Shown: positions 24,748 to 38,924, counted from the stretch's first letter. The stretch: DNA of 64,000 nt from Mobula hypostoma (GCF_963921235.1 NC_086097.1:175648001-175712000), one strand, 5' to 3'. Notes: generated by a model from the sequence alone, not told the origin. Numbers and translations are program-made.

Positions 24748-27700
24748 TGTAATGTATGGATTTATTTCTCTTAGAACAATGACCACTCCCCCCACTCACC
24801 TTAGCTCTACGTAGTGATCTGTTGTCTGCGCATGCGCACTGTTCTCTCCCCCCCCCCAATGTGAATACGCCAGTTAAAGCTAACTCCTGTGTGTGTGTTT
24901 TTATTTAATTGTGCACAGAGACAACAAATTGGCATTGAGTACGACCTGGATGTCAGAAAATATCAAAGCTTGCGCTGACAGAACAGCGGGAGTTAAATAG
25001 CCCAAGAAAGCCATTACGGACACCAACAAAGGCGCGAGTACAGTGCATAGTTCACAGTGAAAGACGTGCGGAACTTTAAGTGAAAATAATGTGGCAATGG
25101 CCTCAGCTGGGAAAGTTGACAAATTTGATGGCACTAATGAAGGCTGGGAGTGTTATGTCAAGAGGGTTGAACCGTATTGTAACGTGAACAACGTGGAGGA
25201 GCAAAAGAAAGCCCCTGCACTTCTTAGTTCAATAGGGGCAAGGACTTATGCAGCCTAGTAACCCCTGCAAAGCCAGCAAGCAAGACGTTCGATAAAATTG
25301 TTACCATTTTACAAAATCACTTCAGCACTATACCGCTGGCAATGGCTGAGATTTGGATTTTACAAAAGGAACCAGTCAAAAGATGAAAACATTTCTGAAT
25401 ATATTGCAGAACTGTGCAAAATTTCCCAGTATGTACCAAGGGACAGGCTTGTATGTGGCAGGCATAGTCAAAACACTCAAAAGAGACCTAACCTTAGAAC
25501 GATATTGACCATTGCAACATTGTTAGATACTGCAGCAAAGGATGCAGCAGAACAATAGAAAAGGTTAGAATGTGAAATGCACCAAGTGACTCTGAATGGT
25601 GCAAAATGCCAAAGATGTTATTGATGTGGCAAATCCTCCTATGATGCAAGTGACTGTCGTTTCAAAAAGTTTACAGAAAGTGTCACGGATAAGGCCATAT
25701 AGACAGAGTGTGCAAGGCAGACAAAAAGCACAATCAAAGAAAAAATCCACACTGGGTGAAAGGTTTCAAGCCCAAAACAAGTGCATAAAGTGACTGAATG
25801 TGAAAAAGAATCGGCCAACACAGAGTCTGACAAAGGTGAGATGTCATGCCTAGGACTGCACAGTAATACTGAAGCAGATAAAAAAAAATCATCTGGATCA
25901 CAATAGATGTGCCTGGTATAAAACTGAAAATTAAGCTGGATACAGTGTCAGCTTTGTCTATAACGTCAGAGGCTGACTACAACAGACTGTTTCTTAAGCT
26001 ACCGTTAGAGAAAACCTTAGTGATGCTGGAGACCCACACAGGTGGAAAAACTGTCTCCCAAGGGCAAACTGAAAGTAAATGTGATGTATGGAGGCCAAGC
26101 ACAGCAGTTAAAGCTTTATGTGTTGAAAATTGGAGGGCTAGCACTTTTCGGACATGAATGTTTGAGAAAAATCCAACTAAACTGACACACAATCAAAGCT
26201 CTCAATGCTTGTCAACCGGCAACTGCACTAACCAACTCTAGTTAGCACTAACCAGAGACTGTCACAGCTGCATAATGCTATTGAGAAGGGTATTGGCAAA
26301 CTGAAAGGCATGGAGACCAGAAATGAACTGGATGAAGCAACAACACCAAGATTCCATAAAGTGCGTCCAGTGCCTTACGCACCTCATCCTTAAGTGGATG
26401 CTGAACCGCAGAGCTTGGAGGCATCTGGAATTCTCTCCAAGGTTGAGTGGAGTGATGGGGCAATGCCCATTGTCCTGGTGATCAAGAAAGAGCAGGCCGG
26501 AGCCGTTCGTATATGCAGAGACTTCAAAGTGAGCATCAACACTCTGCTGCGCACTGTACAGTTTCCCCTGCTATGAACAGAAGACATTTTTGCATCTTTG
26601 GCAGAGGTTTTCATAGACTGACTTGTCACAAGCCTATCTGCAGCTGGAGATTGAAGAGTCAAGCAGGAGTTCCCTCACAAGGGACTGTTCCAGTATAATC
26701 ATTGTGTCTTTGGCATCACATCAGCCCCAGCAATTCGGCAAACAAAGGGCAATGGGCCAAGTGCCCCAGGAACATAACATAACCATGATGATATCATTGT
26801 GACTGGCAAGAATGATGAAGAGTAATCCAGAACCACCAGGCTGAGTTTGTATGGTCTGCTCATAAAGAGAGAAAAATGCCAGTTTTTCAAGAATGACATC
26901 TCGTATTGTGGATGTGTCATTGACAAGCATGCCTTGTGTTAGTTACAAGAGAAGACTGAAGCAGTGATACAGGCACCCAAACCCGAAAATGTGTCACAAC
27001 TCAGGTCATACTTGTCACTATTCCTCGGAACCCACTATTATGACATACAGTTCAAGGGCACCAGACAACACAGCGATGCCAATGGCTTGTCATGTCTTCC
27101 ACTATTGGCAACTGAAGAAGAAAAGTCTTCATACTGTGACCCAGCAGAAGTGCTCCACATGGCCTTGGTGGTGCAGTTGCCAGTAACAAATTCTGAAATA
27201 CAAAAGGAAACAAGGAATGACCCAACATTGTCTGTGACATCACCATGCAAGGATGGCCAGCTCGTGGCACCCTATGTTTCTGGAGTTCTCAGTGAGACAA
27301 GACCAACTGTCGGTATGCCAAAGAAAGCCGATGTGTGGATCTCGTGTTCTGGTTCCCTCTCAACTGTGGTCCAGAGTTAGAAAATCTGCATCAAGGACAT
27401 CTGGGTACAGTTAAGATGAAGAGTCTCACCTGGAATTACATGTGGTGGCTGGGAATAAAAATGTTCAAAATGCACCCCCATAGGCACTGTTACATGGACT
27501 CAAAGTTCCTGATTGCTGTGGATACTCTTTCATAGTGGCTGGAGGTTATACCAAAGAAGCAACCCACCTCAGCAAAGTCTGTCTCTGCTCTAAAGAAGAT
27601 TTTCGCCAGAAGTGGCTTACCAGGAAAAATTGTGAGTGACAACGGACCAGAATACACGTCAGAAGAATTCTAACTGTTCATGAAGAAAAATGGCATCAGA

Positions 27701-28252
27701 CATTTCAAGTCAGCTCCTCACCATCCGGCAACGAATGGGTTAGCTGGAAGGTTTATCCAAACCTTCAAGAAGTCCATTAAAGTGGTGGACAAGGAGGACA
27801 TTTCTCTACAGGTCCAGAGGCTGTCGAGAATGTTATTGTTGACAAGACACCTGCCAAAACTGATGCCACTCCAGAAGTACAGAGGTGTTCTCCTGAAAGA
27901 AACAGGCTGCCACCCAAAAGACTGAACCTTTAGAACTGTGAAATTAGTTATGGACTGTTATTGTGAAAGCATGTTTGTTTGGAATATGGGTTTATGAAAG
28001 GGAAATTGAATTTTTTGTACATATACAGTTTTATGTTGTATTAATCTAAGAGAGGAAGTGTAATGTATGTATCTGTTTCTTTTAGAGCAATGACCCCTCT
28101 TATCACTACATGTTGATCTGTTGTCTGCGTGTGCAATGTTGTCTATACATGCAACTTGCTCTCTCTCGCTGCAATGTGAATACACCAGTTAAAGCCACCT
28201 ACCATGCGTGTGCTTTTATTTAATTGACATGTAGTTGTGCACAGATATAACA
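24748..28252 (+). mobile_element. Degenerate Gypsy LTR retrotransposon (LTRs 24748-24926 and 28059-28252)
   Basis: TG...CA LTRs; TGG-starting putative PBS at ~24930; PPT AAGAGAGGAAG 28048-28058; 5-bp TSD GTATG/GTACG. Remnants of gag (RDRLVCG), protease (LDT), RT (VRICRDFKVSIN) and integrase (LHQGHLG, SAPHHPATNGLA). Confidence 0.92.
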
Positions 28253-30989
28253 GTACGTTTCCTTTCTGGTGCCTGGGTCAGGGATGTCTCAGATCGGGTC
28301 CATGGCGTTCCAATGGGGTGGGTAATAAGCCAGAAATCTTGTTATATATTGGCACCAGTGACATAGTTTGACAAGGTGAGGAGGTCCTGAAGAGAGATTT
28401 TAGGGAGCTAGGTAGAAAGCTGAAAAACGGGGCCTCCAGGGTAGTAATCTCTGCCTGTGCCATGTGCCAGTGAGGGTAAAAACAGGTTGAGTTGGTAGGT
28501 GAATGCCTGGCTGTGAAACTGGTGCGCAGACAGTGGCTCAGATTTATGGATCATTGAGCTCTCTTCTGGGGAAGCTATGACCAGTACAAAAAGGATGGGC
28601 TACACCTGAACCCAAGGGGGTCCAATATCCTTGCGGGCAGGTTTACTGGGGTTTTTTGGGAGGGTTTAAGTTAATGTGACAGAGGTATGGAAGCTAAAAT
28701 GATAGTGCTGAGGATGAGGTAGTTGGTTTACAAACAAAGGCAATCTGTAATGAGATTCCTAGCAAGGAGAGGCTGGTGATGGCAAAATTGCAGTCAGCAG
28801 GATGAGTTGCAATGTAATAGGGGGACAAAAATCGAAAAAGAGTGAATACAAGACTGAAGGTGTTATATTTGAATGTGTACGGTATACAGAATAAGGTAGA
28901 TGAACTTGTAGCACAGTTACAGATTGGCAAGTTGTAGGCATTGCTGACTCCTGGCTGAAAGAAGAGTATAGCTGGGAGCTTAATGTCCAAGGATACACAT
29001 TGTATCGAAAGGACAGACAGGTGGGCAAAGGGAGGTGGCGTGTCTCTGTTGGTAAAAATGAAAGCAAATCATTAGAAAGAGGTGACATAGGGTCGTAAGG
29101 CATTGAATTGTGGATAGAGCTGAGGAACTGCAAGGGTAAAAAGACCCTGAAGGGAGCTGTATACAGACCCCCAAACAGCAGTCAGGATGTGGTCTACAAA
29201 TTACAATGGGAGATAGAAAATGCATGCCAGAGGGGCAATGCTACAACAGGAATGGGTGATTTCAATATGCAGGTAGAAAATCAGGTTGGTGCTGGATCCC
29301 AGGATGGGGATTTTCTGGAATGCCTATGAGATGACTTTTTAGAGCAGCTCATGGTTGAGCCCACTAGAGGAACCAGCTATTCAGGATTGGGTATTGTGCA
29401 AAGAACTGGAATTGACTAGAGAACTTAATGTAAAGGAACCCTTAGGGGTAAGTGAGCATAATATGATCCAAATTGCCCTGGAACTTGAGAAGAAGCTAAA
29501 GTCAAATATATCAGTATTCAGTCTGATGGCCTGGTGGAAGAAGCTATCCCAGAGCCTGTTGTCCTGGCTTTTACGCTCCGGTACCGTTTCCCAGATAGTA
29601 GTAGCTGGAGTAGATTGTGGTTGGGGTGACCCGGGTCCCCAATGATCCTTTGGGTCCTTTTTACACACCTGCCTTTGTAAATGTCCTAAATAATGGGAAG
29701 TTCACATTTACAGATGTGCTGGGCTGTCCGCACCACTCTCTGCAGAATCCTGCAATTGAGGGAAGTACAGTTCCCATACCAGGCAGTGACACAGCCAGTC
29801 AGAATGCTCTCAATTGTACCCCTGTAGGAAGTTCTTGGGATCTGGGGGCCCATACCTAACTTCTTCAACCGTCTGAGGTGAAGGAGGCCCTATTGTGCCT
29901 TTTTCACCACACAGCAGGTATGTACAGACCACATGAGATTCTCAGTGATGTGTATGCTGAGAAACTTAAAGCTGTTCACACTCTCAACCCCAGATCCATT
30001 GATGTCAGTAAGGGTTCCACGGTCTCCATTCCTCCTGTAGTCCACAACCAGCTCCTTTGTTTTTGAGACACTGAGGGAGAGGTTGTTTTCTTGACACCAC
30101 TGTGTCAGGGCGATGACTTCTCTGTAGGCTGACTCAATGTTACTTGAGATCAGGCCAATCAATGTAGTGTCGTTAGCAAATTTAATTAGCAGATTGGAGC
30201 TGTGGGTGGTGACACAGTCATGGGTATACAGAGAGTAAAGGAGGGGGCTTAGGACACAGCCCTGAGGGGCACTTGAGTTGAGGGGCAGAGGTGAGGGAGT
30301 CCACTCTTACCACCTGCTGGTGATCTGACAGGTATCCAGGATCTAGCTACACAAGGCAGGGTGAAGGCCGAGGTCTCTGAGGTTCTTGTCAAGCCGGTGT
30401 TGAATGCTGAACTGTAGTCCAAGAACGGCATTCTCTTTTTTTTTTTAATTTTATTTTTATTTGGATAAGGAGTTCACAATTATCATGTACTTTTTTCACA
30501 CATATAATCTTTTCCATTTTTTTATATGTATAAAACTACAATTATTTATACATTCTTAAGTACACATTGAGATGATATAAAAGCAAAATAAACATTTAAA
30601 TAGATAATTATGTACTGTGGTAAATCTAACCTATTAGGCTAAGTAATGAAATTAGTTGTTAAGAAAAATGGTAATAATAGTTTCCATACAACCCTTCTGT
30701 ACCATTTCCACTGGTCCAAAATGTTGCATACAAGCCTATATACCAACCATTGTAGGTGTTTATATCCCAATTTGTTCGTGCTTGTTCCTGCCCGCAGACA
30801 TAATTATCCAATCCCTATGTACTTATTTACTTAATTTTTTCATTTTTTTTATCCCTTTCCCAAATCTTTCCCTTTACTTGTGTTAATTCTCTATTTTCCA
30901 AAAAAAAACAACAAACATTTAGACTAGGGGTGCTTGCGTTAGCAATATTACTGTGTTGATGAGAAGAGCAATATAAATCATTAGGAGAG

Positions 30990-33900
30990 TCATCTAAAGT
31001 CTGCTCGCATTGGGGTTATATATTCAATCCATTTATTCCAGATTTGATAAAATGTTTCTTTTTGAGTTCTCAGGGAGTAGGTCAACTTTTCCATTTTAAA
31101 TATTTCCAAGATAATTTCGTACCAATCTTCTAATGTAGGTGGTATTGGATTTAGCCATTTTCTAGTGATTGATTTCTTACTTGCCGCTAAGAGGGCCTGC
31201 AGCAACTTTATATCTTCCTTCTGTTCAAGGAACAATACATGCCCCAAATAGAGCGTCTCAAAGTTCAGAGGTATCTGGGACCTAAGTACCTTAACTAATG
31301 TTCTATGAATACCTTCCCAAAATAGACTTAATTTAGGGCAATCCCAGAAAATATGAAAATGATTTGCCTCCTTAGAGCCGCACCTTCTCCAACACATCAC
31401 ATTTGTATCTTTATATTTTTCCTCATATGGGGTCTTGAAGTATCTTATAATGTTTTTCCAACAATGTTCTCTCCAAGTCAAAGAATTAGTCGAGGACCAT
31501 TGAAAGCTGCAGATTTTCCCCCAAGCCTCCTCTGAAAGTACCAACCCCGCTTCTTTCTCCCACTTCTCTTTAATATACAATGTGTTTACATTTTTAGCAT
31601 GGGAGAGTGCATTATATAGGCGAGAAACTGATTTACTAGGTATTGAACTGCAAGCCGAATTCAGAAGCTTGAAAAATTCTAATTCTACTGTTGATAGGTC
31701 TGTATATCTACAACTCTGGTTAACATAGTTTCGTATTTGAAGGTACCTAAAAAAGTCATTATGTTCTAGGCCATGTTTGTCCTGCAGGATTTGGAAACTT
31801 TGTAATACTCTTTTATCTATAAATGAGAGGTAGGTTGTAAGACCTTTCTTTATCCATAGCTCAAATCTTTTATCTCCTCTGTTGGGAAGGAATTCGGTAT
31901 CATATGCACACCATCTAAAGAGTTTTAGCATGTTATTAATTCCACATGAATTAACCACCTTCTGCCATACTTTTAATGTAAGATTTATCCAAGCATTATT
32001 AAATTTTTCCAACTGGGCCATCAATCCTTTGTCAGCTATTGAGGCCTGAAGAGGAAAACTGTCAACTAATCCAAATTCTATTTCCTTCCATCTAGCCTTA
32101 TATTCCCTATTACACCAATATAACAGAGGGGTTATCTGTGAGACATAAAAATAATTTCTCAGGCAAGGAAGAACCATACCTCCTCTTTCCTTCCCTAACT
32201 GTAAGGTGTTATATCGAATTCTAGGTTTCCTTCCTTGCCAAATGAAGCGGGAAATCCATTTGTCCCATTCCCTGAATTGATTATCATCCACCTCCACTGG
32301 TAAAGTACGGAAAAGATATAATAACCGAGGAAGAATATTCATTTTTATAGTATTTATCCTTGAATTTAAACTTAAAAAGGGGATAAGATTCCATCTATGC
32401 ATATCTGCTTTTATCTCTGAGATTAATGGCCCATAATTTACCTGTGACAGTGTTGAAAGATCCTTCGGCAGGGTTATTCCTAAATATTTTAATGATTTAG
32501 CTTCCCACTTAAGATCGTATGTATCCTGCAATTTTTTGGATGGTGTATAATTTAGGGACATAACCTGCATTTTCTTTACATTTATTTTATAACCTGATAT
32601 TTTCCCAAAGTCATCCAACAGTGTAAACAATCCTATAAATGATTTTTCTGGTTCACTCAGATAGACCAAAACATCATCTGCGAATAACGCCACTTTCTGT
32701 TCAATCCCTGCCACCTTGATACCTTTTACGATTTCGCTCTGTCTTATTAGTTGGGCAAGCGGTTCAATATATAGCGCGAAGAGGAGAGGAGAAATTGGGC
32801 ATCCCTGTCTAGTGCCTCTCTCTAAAATGAAGGAGTCAGAGAGGTCCCCATTTATCTTAATTCAGGCTGTTGGGCTGTCATACAGAGTCTGAATTACTTT
32901 AATAAACCTTTCTTGAAAGCCGAATCTTCCTAACACTCTGTATAGGAATGCCCAACTAACCGAATCAAAAGCTTTCTCAGCGTCCAATCCTACTACCATT
33001 GTCTCTGTCTCGTTCTTATTAACCTGTTCTAATATGTGCAGAGTTCTCCTTATGTTGTCCTGTGTTTGTCTTTGTTGAATAAATCCAGTCTGGTCTAAAT
33101 GGATTAGGCCAGGTAAAAGCTTTTCCAATCTGCGCGCTAATATAGATGTAAATAGTTTGTAATCTAAATTAAGAACACTAATTGGCCGATAATTGCCACA
33201 TTCTAGTTTATCTTTACCCTCTTTAGGAATAACTGAAATAATCGCTTCTCTCCAGGAAGGTGGAGTTTCTCCTCTCTGCAAGATCCAATTAAAGGTGTTA
33301 AGTAGTAATGGGGCTAACTGTGTCTTCAGGGACTTGTACCACTCTGAGGTAAACCCATCAGAACCCGGGGACTTTCCAGCCTTTAACCTAGAGATGGCCA
33401 CGTTCAGTTCTTTGACAGTTACTGGTTCTAATAAACTTTCATTTTGTAAATCTGTAAGTTTAGGTAGATCTAAAAAATTCAATACACTGTCTATATAGGG
33501 CTCATTGGGGGCCCGGGGTTGGGAGTACAGCTCTCGATAATACGTTTCAAAACTCTCTTGAATTTTCCCTATTGTACTCTCCACAAGCTTTGTCTTTGGA
33601 TTCTTTATTTTATGAATTGTATTGTCTGCTTGTTGTTTTCGTAATTTATATGCTAATAATCTAGCTGATTTACCTCCTACTTCATAATTCTTTTGTCTCA
33701 GGTAAAGAAAATTTCTTTGAGTTTCCAACGTATAAATATCATCAATTTCACTTTGCAATTTCCTAATTTCCTGTTTTCGATTTGAATTACTTTTGTTGCT
33801 ATCTCCAACTTGAAATTGTTTTAATTTTCCTTGAAGGTCTGCTAATTTTTGTGCATTGATTTTTTTCATGTGAGTAGTAATGGAAATAATTTTCCCTCTC

Positions 33901-34778
33901 AGTACAGCTTTCAATGTATCCCATAAAATCACTGGTGATGTTTCTCCCGTGTCATTAAGGTCTAGATATTCTTTGATTTCTCCCCTTAATCTCTCCATTA
34001 CTTTTGGGTTATTAAGTATATGTGAGTTTAGCCTCCATAGTGTTTTCCTCATTTTCCTTTCCAGGATTAGAGACATAGAGACTGGGCTATGATCCGACAG
34101 ATCAATTGTTGCAATATTACAGTTTTTTATCCTGAGTCTATCTGTATTAAAGATAAAGAAATAGTCTATCCTTGAATAGGCTGAATGAGGGAAAGAGTAA
34201 TATGTATAATCTTTACTAGTAGGGTGTAATTCCCTCCAGACATCTATAATTCCCAACTCCTCCATCAATGAATTCACTTTCCGAGTCAGAGGTTTATTCT
34301 GAGTAACTATTCTTGAAGAATCTAATATAGGATTTAATCTAATATTAAAATCCCCTCCACAAATTACTACCCCTCGAGAACTGACCATTAGGTCAAAAAT
34401 GTGTCTATAAAATGACCATTCACTACCTGGAGGAGCATAAACATTCAGCAATGTTATTTCTGTACCTTCTATTCTTCCTGTGATTTTTACAAACCGTCCT
34501 TCTTTGTCTCTAGTCTCTGAAATATGTTCATAATTAAGAGTACTTGATATTAAAGTAGCTACCCCTCTTTTGTGACTCAATTTATATGATGAATAAAATA
34601 CATGCTTAAAGCCCATTCTTTTTAATTTTCCATGTTCAGATTGGCTCATATGTGTTTCCTGGAGGAAAGCTATTTGTGCCCTCTCTTTTTTCAATTTAGA
34701 CATAATCTTATTTCTTTTAATTGGATTCAAAACCCCATTAACATTATAGGAAATTATTTTTACCAATTCAGTTTGCAT
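30990..34778 (-). pseudogene. L1 ORF2p (APE + RT + CCHC), ~1262 codons with one in-frame TGA at 32862-32864
   Basis: The 638-aa and 574-aa ORFs share a frame with 147 nt between them. Read-through gives [42 protein letters not shown]. Confidence 0.93.
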
Positions 34779-35140
34779 TTTTCTCTAGTAGAAAAAAAGC
34801 ACTCTCCTTTTCTAACCAAACAGTAAGCAATCCCTTCTCAACAGTAAACCAAGACATATAACCACACCGTAGACATTTCTGAACGTATAACATTTGAAAA
34901 TTTTTCCCAACTTCCCACAGTGAGGCCTGAGCACCGACCCGCCTCAGTTCAGAGGGATAACCTCTATCTTCACCCTGTGTTAGAGGGCCCTCAGCAGTTT
35001 GAATAATCATAGAGAATTTTCTCCTATTTATGTCTCGACCATATTGCTATCATTCAAGTTATTCCGCCTAGATTATTTTCAGTTACCAGTTTTCATTTTA
35101 CTTTTAAGTCCGATTTACTCTTTTCAGTCATTTCTCTTAA

Positions 35141-36039
35141 TTAATCTGTATTCTCTGTACATTCGCGTCTGAATATTTGCAGCTTTTCCTTGTAGTTTGA
35201 CACTCTGGTTCGAGTGGAGCGTCCTCGCCCCACTAACTGCCACGACTTCTGCCGAATCCTCTCCAGTAGCGACTCCGGTTGGGTGATAACTTTAATAGGT
35301 AGTCCCCGGTCCGCCAGGTCCGACGTTGCCTCCTCCACCGTAGTGTAAATTTTTGTCCCTTCGTTGTAAAAGACTCTCAGCCGAGCTGGATACAGGGTCT
35401 GGAATCTGATGTTGTTTTCCTTCAGGACTCTCCGTGTTTCCGTATATTCCTTCCGTCTGGCAAGAATCCCCGGTGCGTAGTCGTGGTCTAAACTGATTTT
35501 ACAGTTGTTCCACATGAAACCTTTCTTTTGCCATGCTCTTTTAAGCACCTCTTCCTTCGTTCTGTAACTGAGAAATCTGACCAGAATCGATCTGGGCTGG
35601 GCACCTGCCGGAGGCTGTGGTGCCAACGCGCGGTGAGCCCTTTCTATCTGTCGGTCTTTTGCCGCCGGTATATCAAGGTTCTCTCTAAGCAGCTTCTCCA
35701 CGAAGGGAATCATCAATCCGGGTTTACTTTCGGTTCCTTCGGGAACTCCGTAGATCCTCACATTTTCCCTTCTCGAGCGGCCTTCTTGATCTATTAGTTT
35801 CCACTGGAGTTGGTCTTGTAGCTTCAGCATTTCTGCTATCACTTCCTCGGCATTTTGTAGCTTCTCTTCAATTCCAACAATCCTCGCTTCGGCTTCATCT
35901 ATCCGCGAGTTAGTTTTTACTATTTCTCCTTTAATATCTTCCAGCTGTTTGCTGTTATCTTGTCGGAACTCGCGAATCTCTCCGAGAATCAAAGACAGAG
36001 TCACCGATTCCCCCTCATTATCTCCGTCCTGGCTTGCCG
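35141..36039 (-). CDS. L1 ORF1p (coiled coil + RRM + CTD), N-terminally truncated
   Basis: Coiled coil, [38 protein letters not shown]; the frame is open up to the TSD with no ATG. Confidence 0.88.
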
Positions 36040-36139
36040 AAGAACGGCATTCTCACATAAGAATCCTTCTTCTCCAGATGTGTAAGGACGATGTGTAGAG
36101 CTGTGGCTATTGCGTCATCTGTCGATCGGTTGTGTGGGT

Positions 36140-36865
36140 TGTGTTTGGTGTTTCAGCCCAAGGTGTCTGAAAGGAATAGAGGGATTTTGGAGTCCACATC
36201 CATAGATCCCTCAAAGTTGCCATGCAAGTGGATAGGGTGCTTAAGATGGTGTACTTTGGTCTTCATTAGTTGGAGGATTGAGTTTGAAAACCGCAAGGTA
36301 ATGTTTCAGCTCTATAAACCTGGTTAGATCACACTCGGAGTCTTATGTTCAGTTCTAGTCACCTCATTATAGGAAGGATGTGGAAGGTTTAGGGATGGTT
36401 TTGGTAGATTGAGAAGGATGCTGCTTGGGTTAGATAGGATGTCTTATCAGGATAGAGTGAGTGAGGGCTTTTCTCTTTGGAGTGAAGGAGGTTGAGAAGT
36501 AACTTGATAAAGGTGTATGAGATGATAAGAAGCATTGATTGAATGGACAGCCAGTGCCTTTTTACCCAGGGACAAAATAGCTAATTCAAGAGAGCATAAT
36601 TTTAAGGCGACTGGAAGAAAGTACAGGGCGATGGTGTCAAAGGCAAGTTTTTTTTAAACACTGTGGTGGGTGCATGGAATGTGCTATCAGGGGTGGTGGT
36701 AAAGGCACATACATTAGAGGCAATTAAGAAACCCTTAGGCACATGGATAATAGAAAAATATTTGGGAGGGGAGGGTTAGATTGATCTCAGAGTAGGTTAA
36801 AGGATTAGCACAAAATTGTGGGCTGAAGGGCCTGTACTTTGTTTTAATGTTCTATATTCCATGTT
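36140..36865 (+). mobile_element. Degenerate CR1 3' fragment
   Basis: IEFENRKVMFQLYK, SPHYRKDV remnants, CR1 3' tail. Confidence 0.8.
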
Positions 36866-37679
36866 ATTTATTTGCTTTGAAATTTATAGTAAGTTTATAT
36901 CTTGGCACTGTACTGCTGCTGCAAAACAACGAACTTTATGTCACACAAGTCAGTGATAATAAACCCGATTCTAATTCTTGAACTGACCTGCATACCTCAG
37001 CAGTGGAGCATAAGGGACTGCCTCTTGTACTACCATGGACCTGTCTTTAACTGTGAGTTTGTTCTGCTTTCATCTTTATTTCACAGTATGGTATAATTTA
37101 TATTCTGTGTTGTCAGTCCCTGTGGCGCTGCTGCAAGGAAGTTTCCGTTGTACCTGTACCTCACCATACTTGTGCACGTGACAATAAACTCGACTTCAAT
37201 TTGATGGGGGACAGACCAAAGTTACCAGAATAATAATCATTTTAAAGCTGGCAGTTAAAAACAAAAGGAGGAAGAATGTACAGCCATGTGTGGAGACAGT
37301 GAGTAAAAGATCCATCCTGGTCTAACTCACCACAGCATCAAAGGGGTTTTTGAACAGGGTGAAGGCTGGGACATCTCAACCTGCCAATAACCAAATTCAG
37401 GGTGGAGTCTTATGGTTTCAGAATCCTGGGTTTGTCTCCTACTCTCTCTTTTAGAGACATTAGCAATCGTAAAAGGATTGAAGGAAAATTGAGGATTTTT
37501 TTTTAAAGATTTATTCACTCACAGGCCATGGATGACCTGGAAAATGCCTACATTTATTGTCCATCCCTTATTGTCCCTGAGCTGAAGAGGAAGCGAAGCA
37601 TCAACCATATTACTGGGTCTGAAGTCACATGTGGCCCAAACAAGAAAAGGTCAAGAGATTCCTTCCATGGAGAATTCAG

Positions 37680-37955
37680 GCAGCTGTGGCGCAGCTCGCG
37701 ACTCACAATGCCCGAGACCTGAACTCAATCCTACACTCCAGCGCATTAAGTCAGTGTGGATTTTTCGTGTTCTCCCTGGGACTGCATAGATATCTTTGGC
37801 TTCTTTCCATATCCCAAAGACTTGAGGGTTGTTTGGTTAATTAGCCAGTATAAACTATTCCTAGTGTGTGTATGATGGGAGGCTAAAATGGGATTAGAGT
37901 GCTGATGGTCAGCACAGACCTGTGGGCCAAAGGGCCTGTGCCAATCCTATGTTTC
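37680..37955 (+). mobile_element. Decayed V-SINE (HE1-like)
   Basis: Head gtggcgcagc; V-domain-like tgtggatttttcgtgttctccc...catatcccaaagac...ggttaatt; CR1-like tail tgggccaaagggcctgtg. Confidence 0.55.
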
Positions 37956-38924
37956 TCCATTACTTGATTATAATTGTAATTATAAAAACCCATCATGGTT
38001 ATTTTCTTGCTCATTGGAGCAAAGGAAGATGAAAGGTGACTGGTGGAGGTGTATAAGTACAGGGCGGATGTCAGAGGCAGAGATTGGTGGGTGTGTGGAA
38101 CATGCTGTCAGGGCTAGTTGTAGAGCCAGGTACACTAGGGGCATTTAAAAGTCTCTTAGACAGGCACAAAGATGAAAGAAAAATGGAGGGCTGTGCAGCT
38201 GAGAAGGGGTAGTTTGACCGTAGGGTAGGATAAAGGGTCAGCACAACATCATGGGCTGAAGTAGCTGTACTGTTCTATGTTCTCTACTTCAGCTACTGTG
38301 CACAACCTCCTGCACCCTCCCCCCACCCCACCATCTTCCTGAAGTAAAGGACCAGCTCTTCCGTTTTGTTGACATTAAGAGAAAGATTGTTGTCATAACA
38401 CCATGCTGCTAAGCTCTCCATCTCCTTCCTGTACTCTGATATCATAATTTGAGTTGATGCCCACCAGCAGTGATATCATCTGCAAGCTTTCAGATGGAGT
38501 TGGCTCTTTCTTTGGTGACTATTTGCACTGCTTCCTGACGTCAAAAAACTTGATAGGCTACACAGGTTAAATTATTTTTAAAACCATGAAGAAGCATGGA
38601 ACAAGATAAAAATGAAAGCACTTAAAAACATTTACAGCCATTTAAGTTTACTCAAAGTTTTAAAAAGATTGTAAACTACCCATTTAGCTGAGTTTCTAGC
38701 AACCAGTTTTCTCCATTGAACTTGTTGTTCCTGGACAACAGGTCCACAGCAGGCACCATTCATTGGCTCTTCACTCAACCCTGGAACAGCTGGATAACAA
38801 AGGTGTATACATCAGGATCCCCTTTATCGACTACAGCTCAGTATTCAATACCATCAACTCCTCAAAACTAATCAATAAGCTTAAAGACCTTGGCCTCAAT
38901 TCTCCCTTGTGCATTTATATCCTC

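Larger units (their letters stand above)
23660..29520 (+). mobile_element. CR1 5' portion (ORF1 zinc finger/esterase and APE), split by a mariner MITE and a Gypsy element
   Basis: HICTKC split at 23709/24329; MVC..PGA split at 24747/28253; WIELRNCKGK, YRPPNS and GDFN downstream. Confidence 0.8.
30436..36039 (-). mobile_element. Young near-full-length L1 LINE, 5'-truncated within ORF1, with poly(A) tail and 15-bp TSD
   Basis: AAGAACGGCATTCTC at 30421-30435 and 36040-36054; T11 at 30436-30446 with AATAAA just upstream on the minus strand; open ORF1 body and near-intact ORF2. Confidence 0.97.
29520..36135 (-). mobile_element. Rex1 LINE fragment (29520-30435 and 36040-36135) split by an L1
   Basis: YVRMPFLDYSSAFN across the junction; WCQENNLSLSVSKTKELVVDYR; SFKFL; YRGTIESILTGC. 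Confidence 0.85.

Noticed and set aside
30990..34778. Programmed read-through or selenocysteine at the L1 ORF2 TGA, or a two-gene ORF2
   Set aside because: The stop falls mid-RT and one C>T at a CpG explains it; there is no evidence for recoding.
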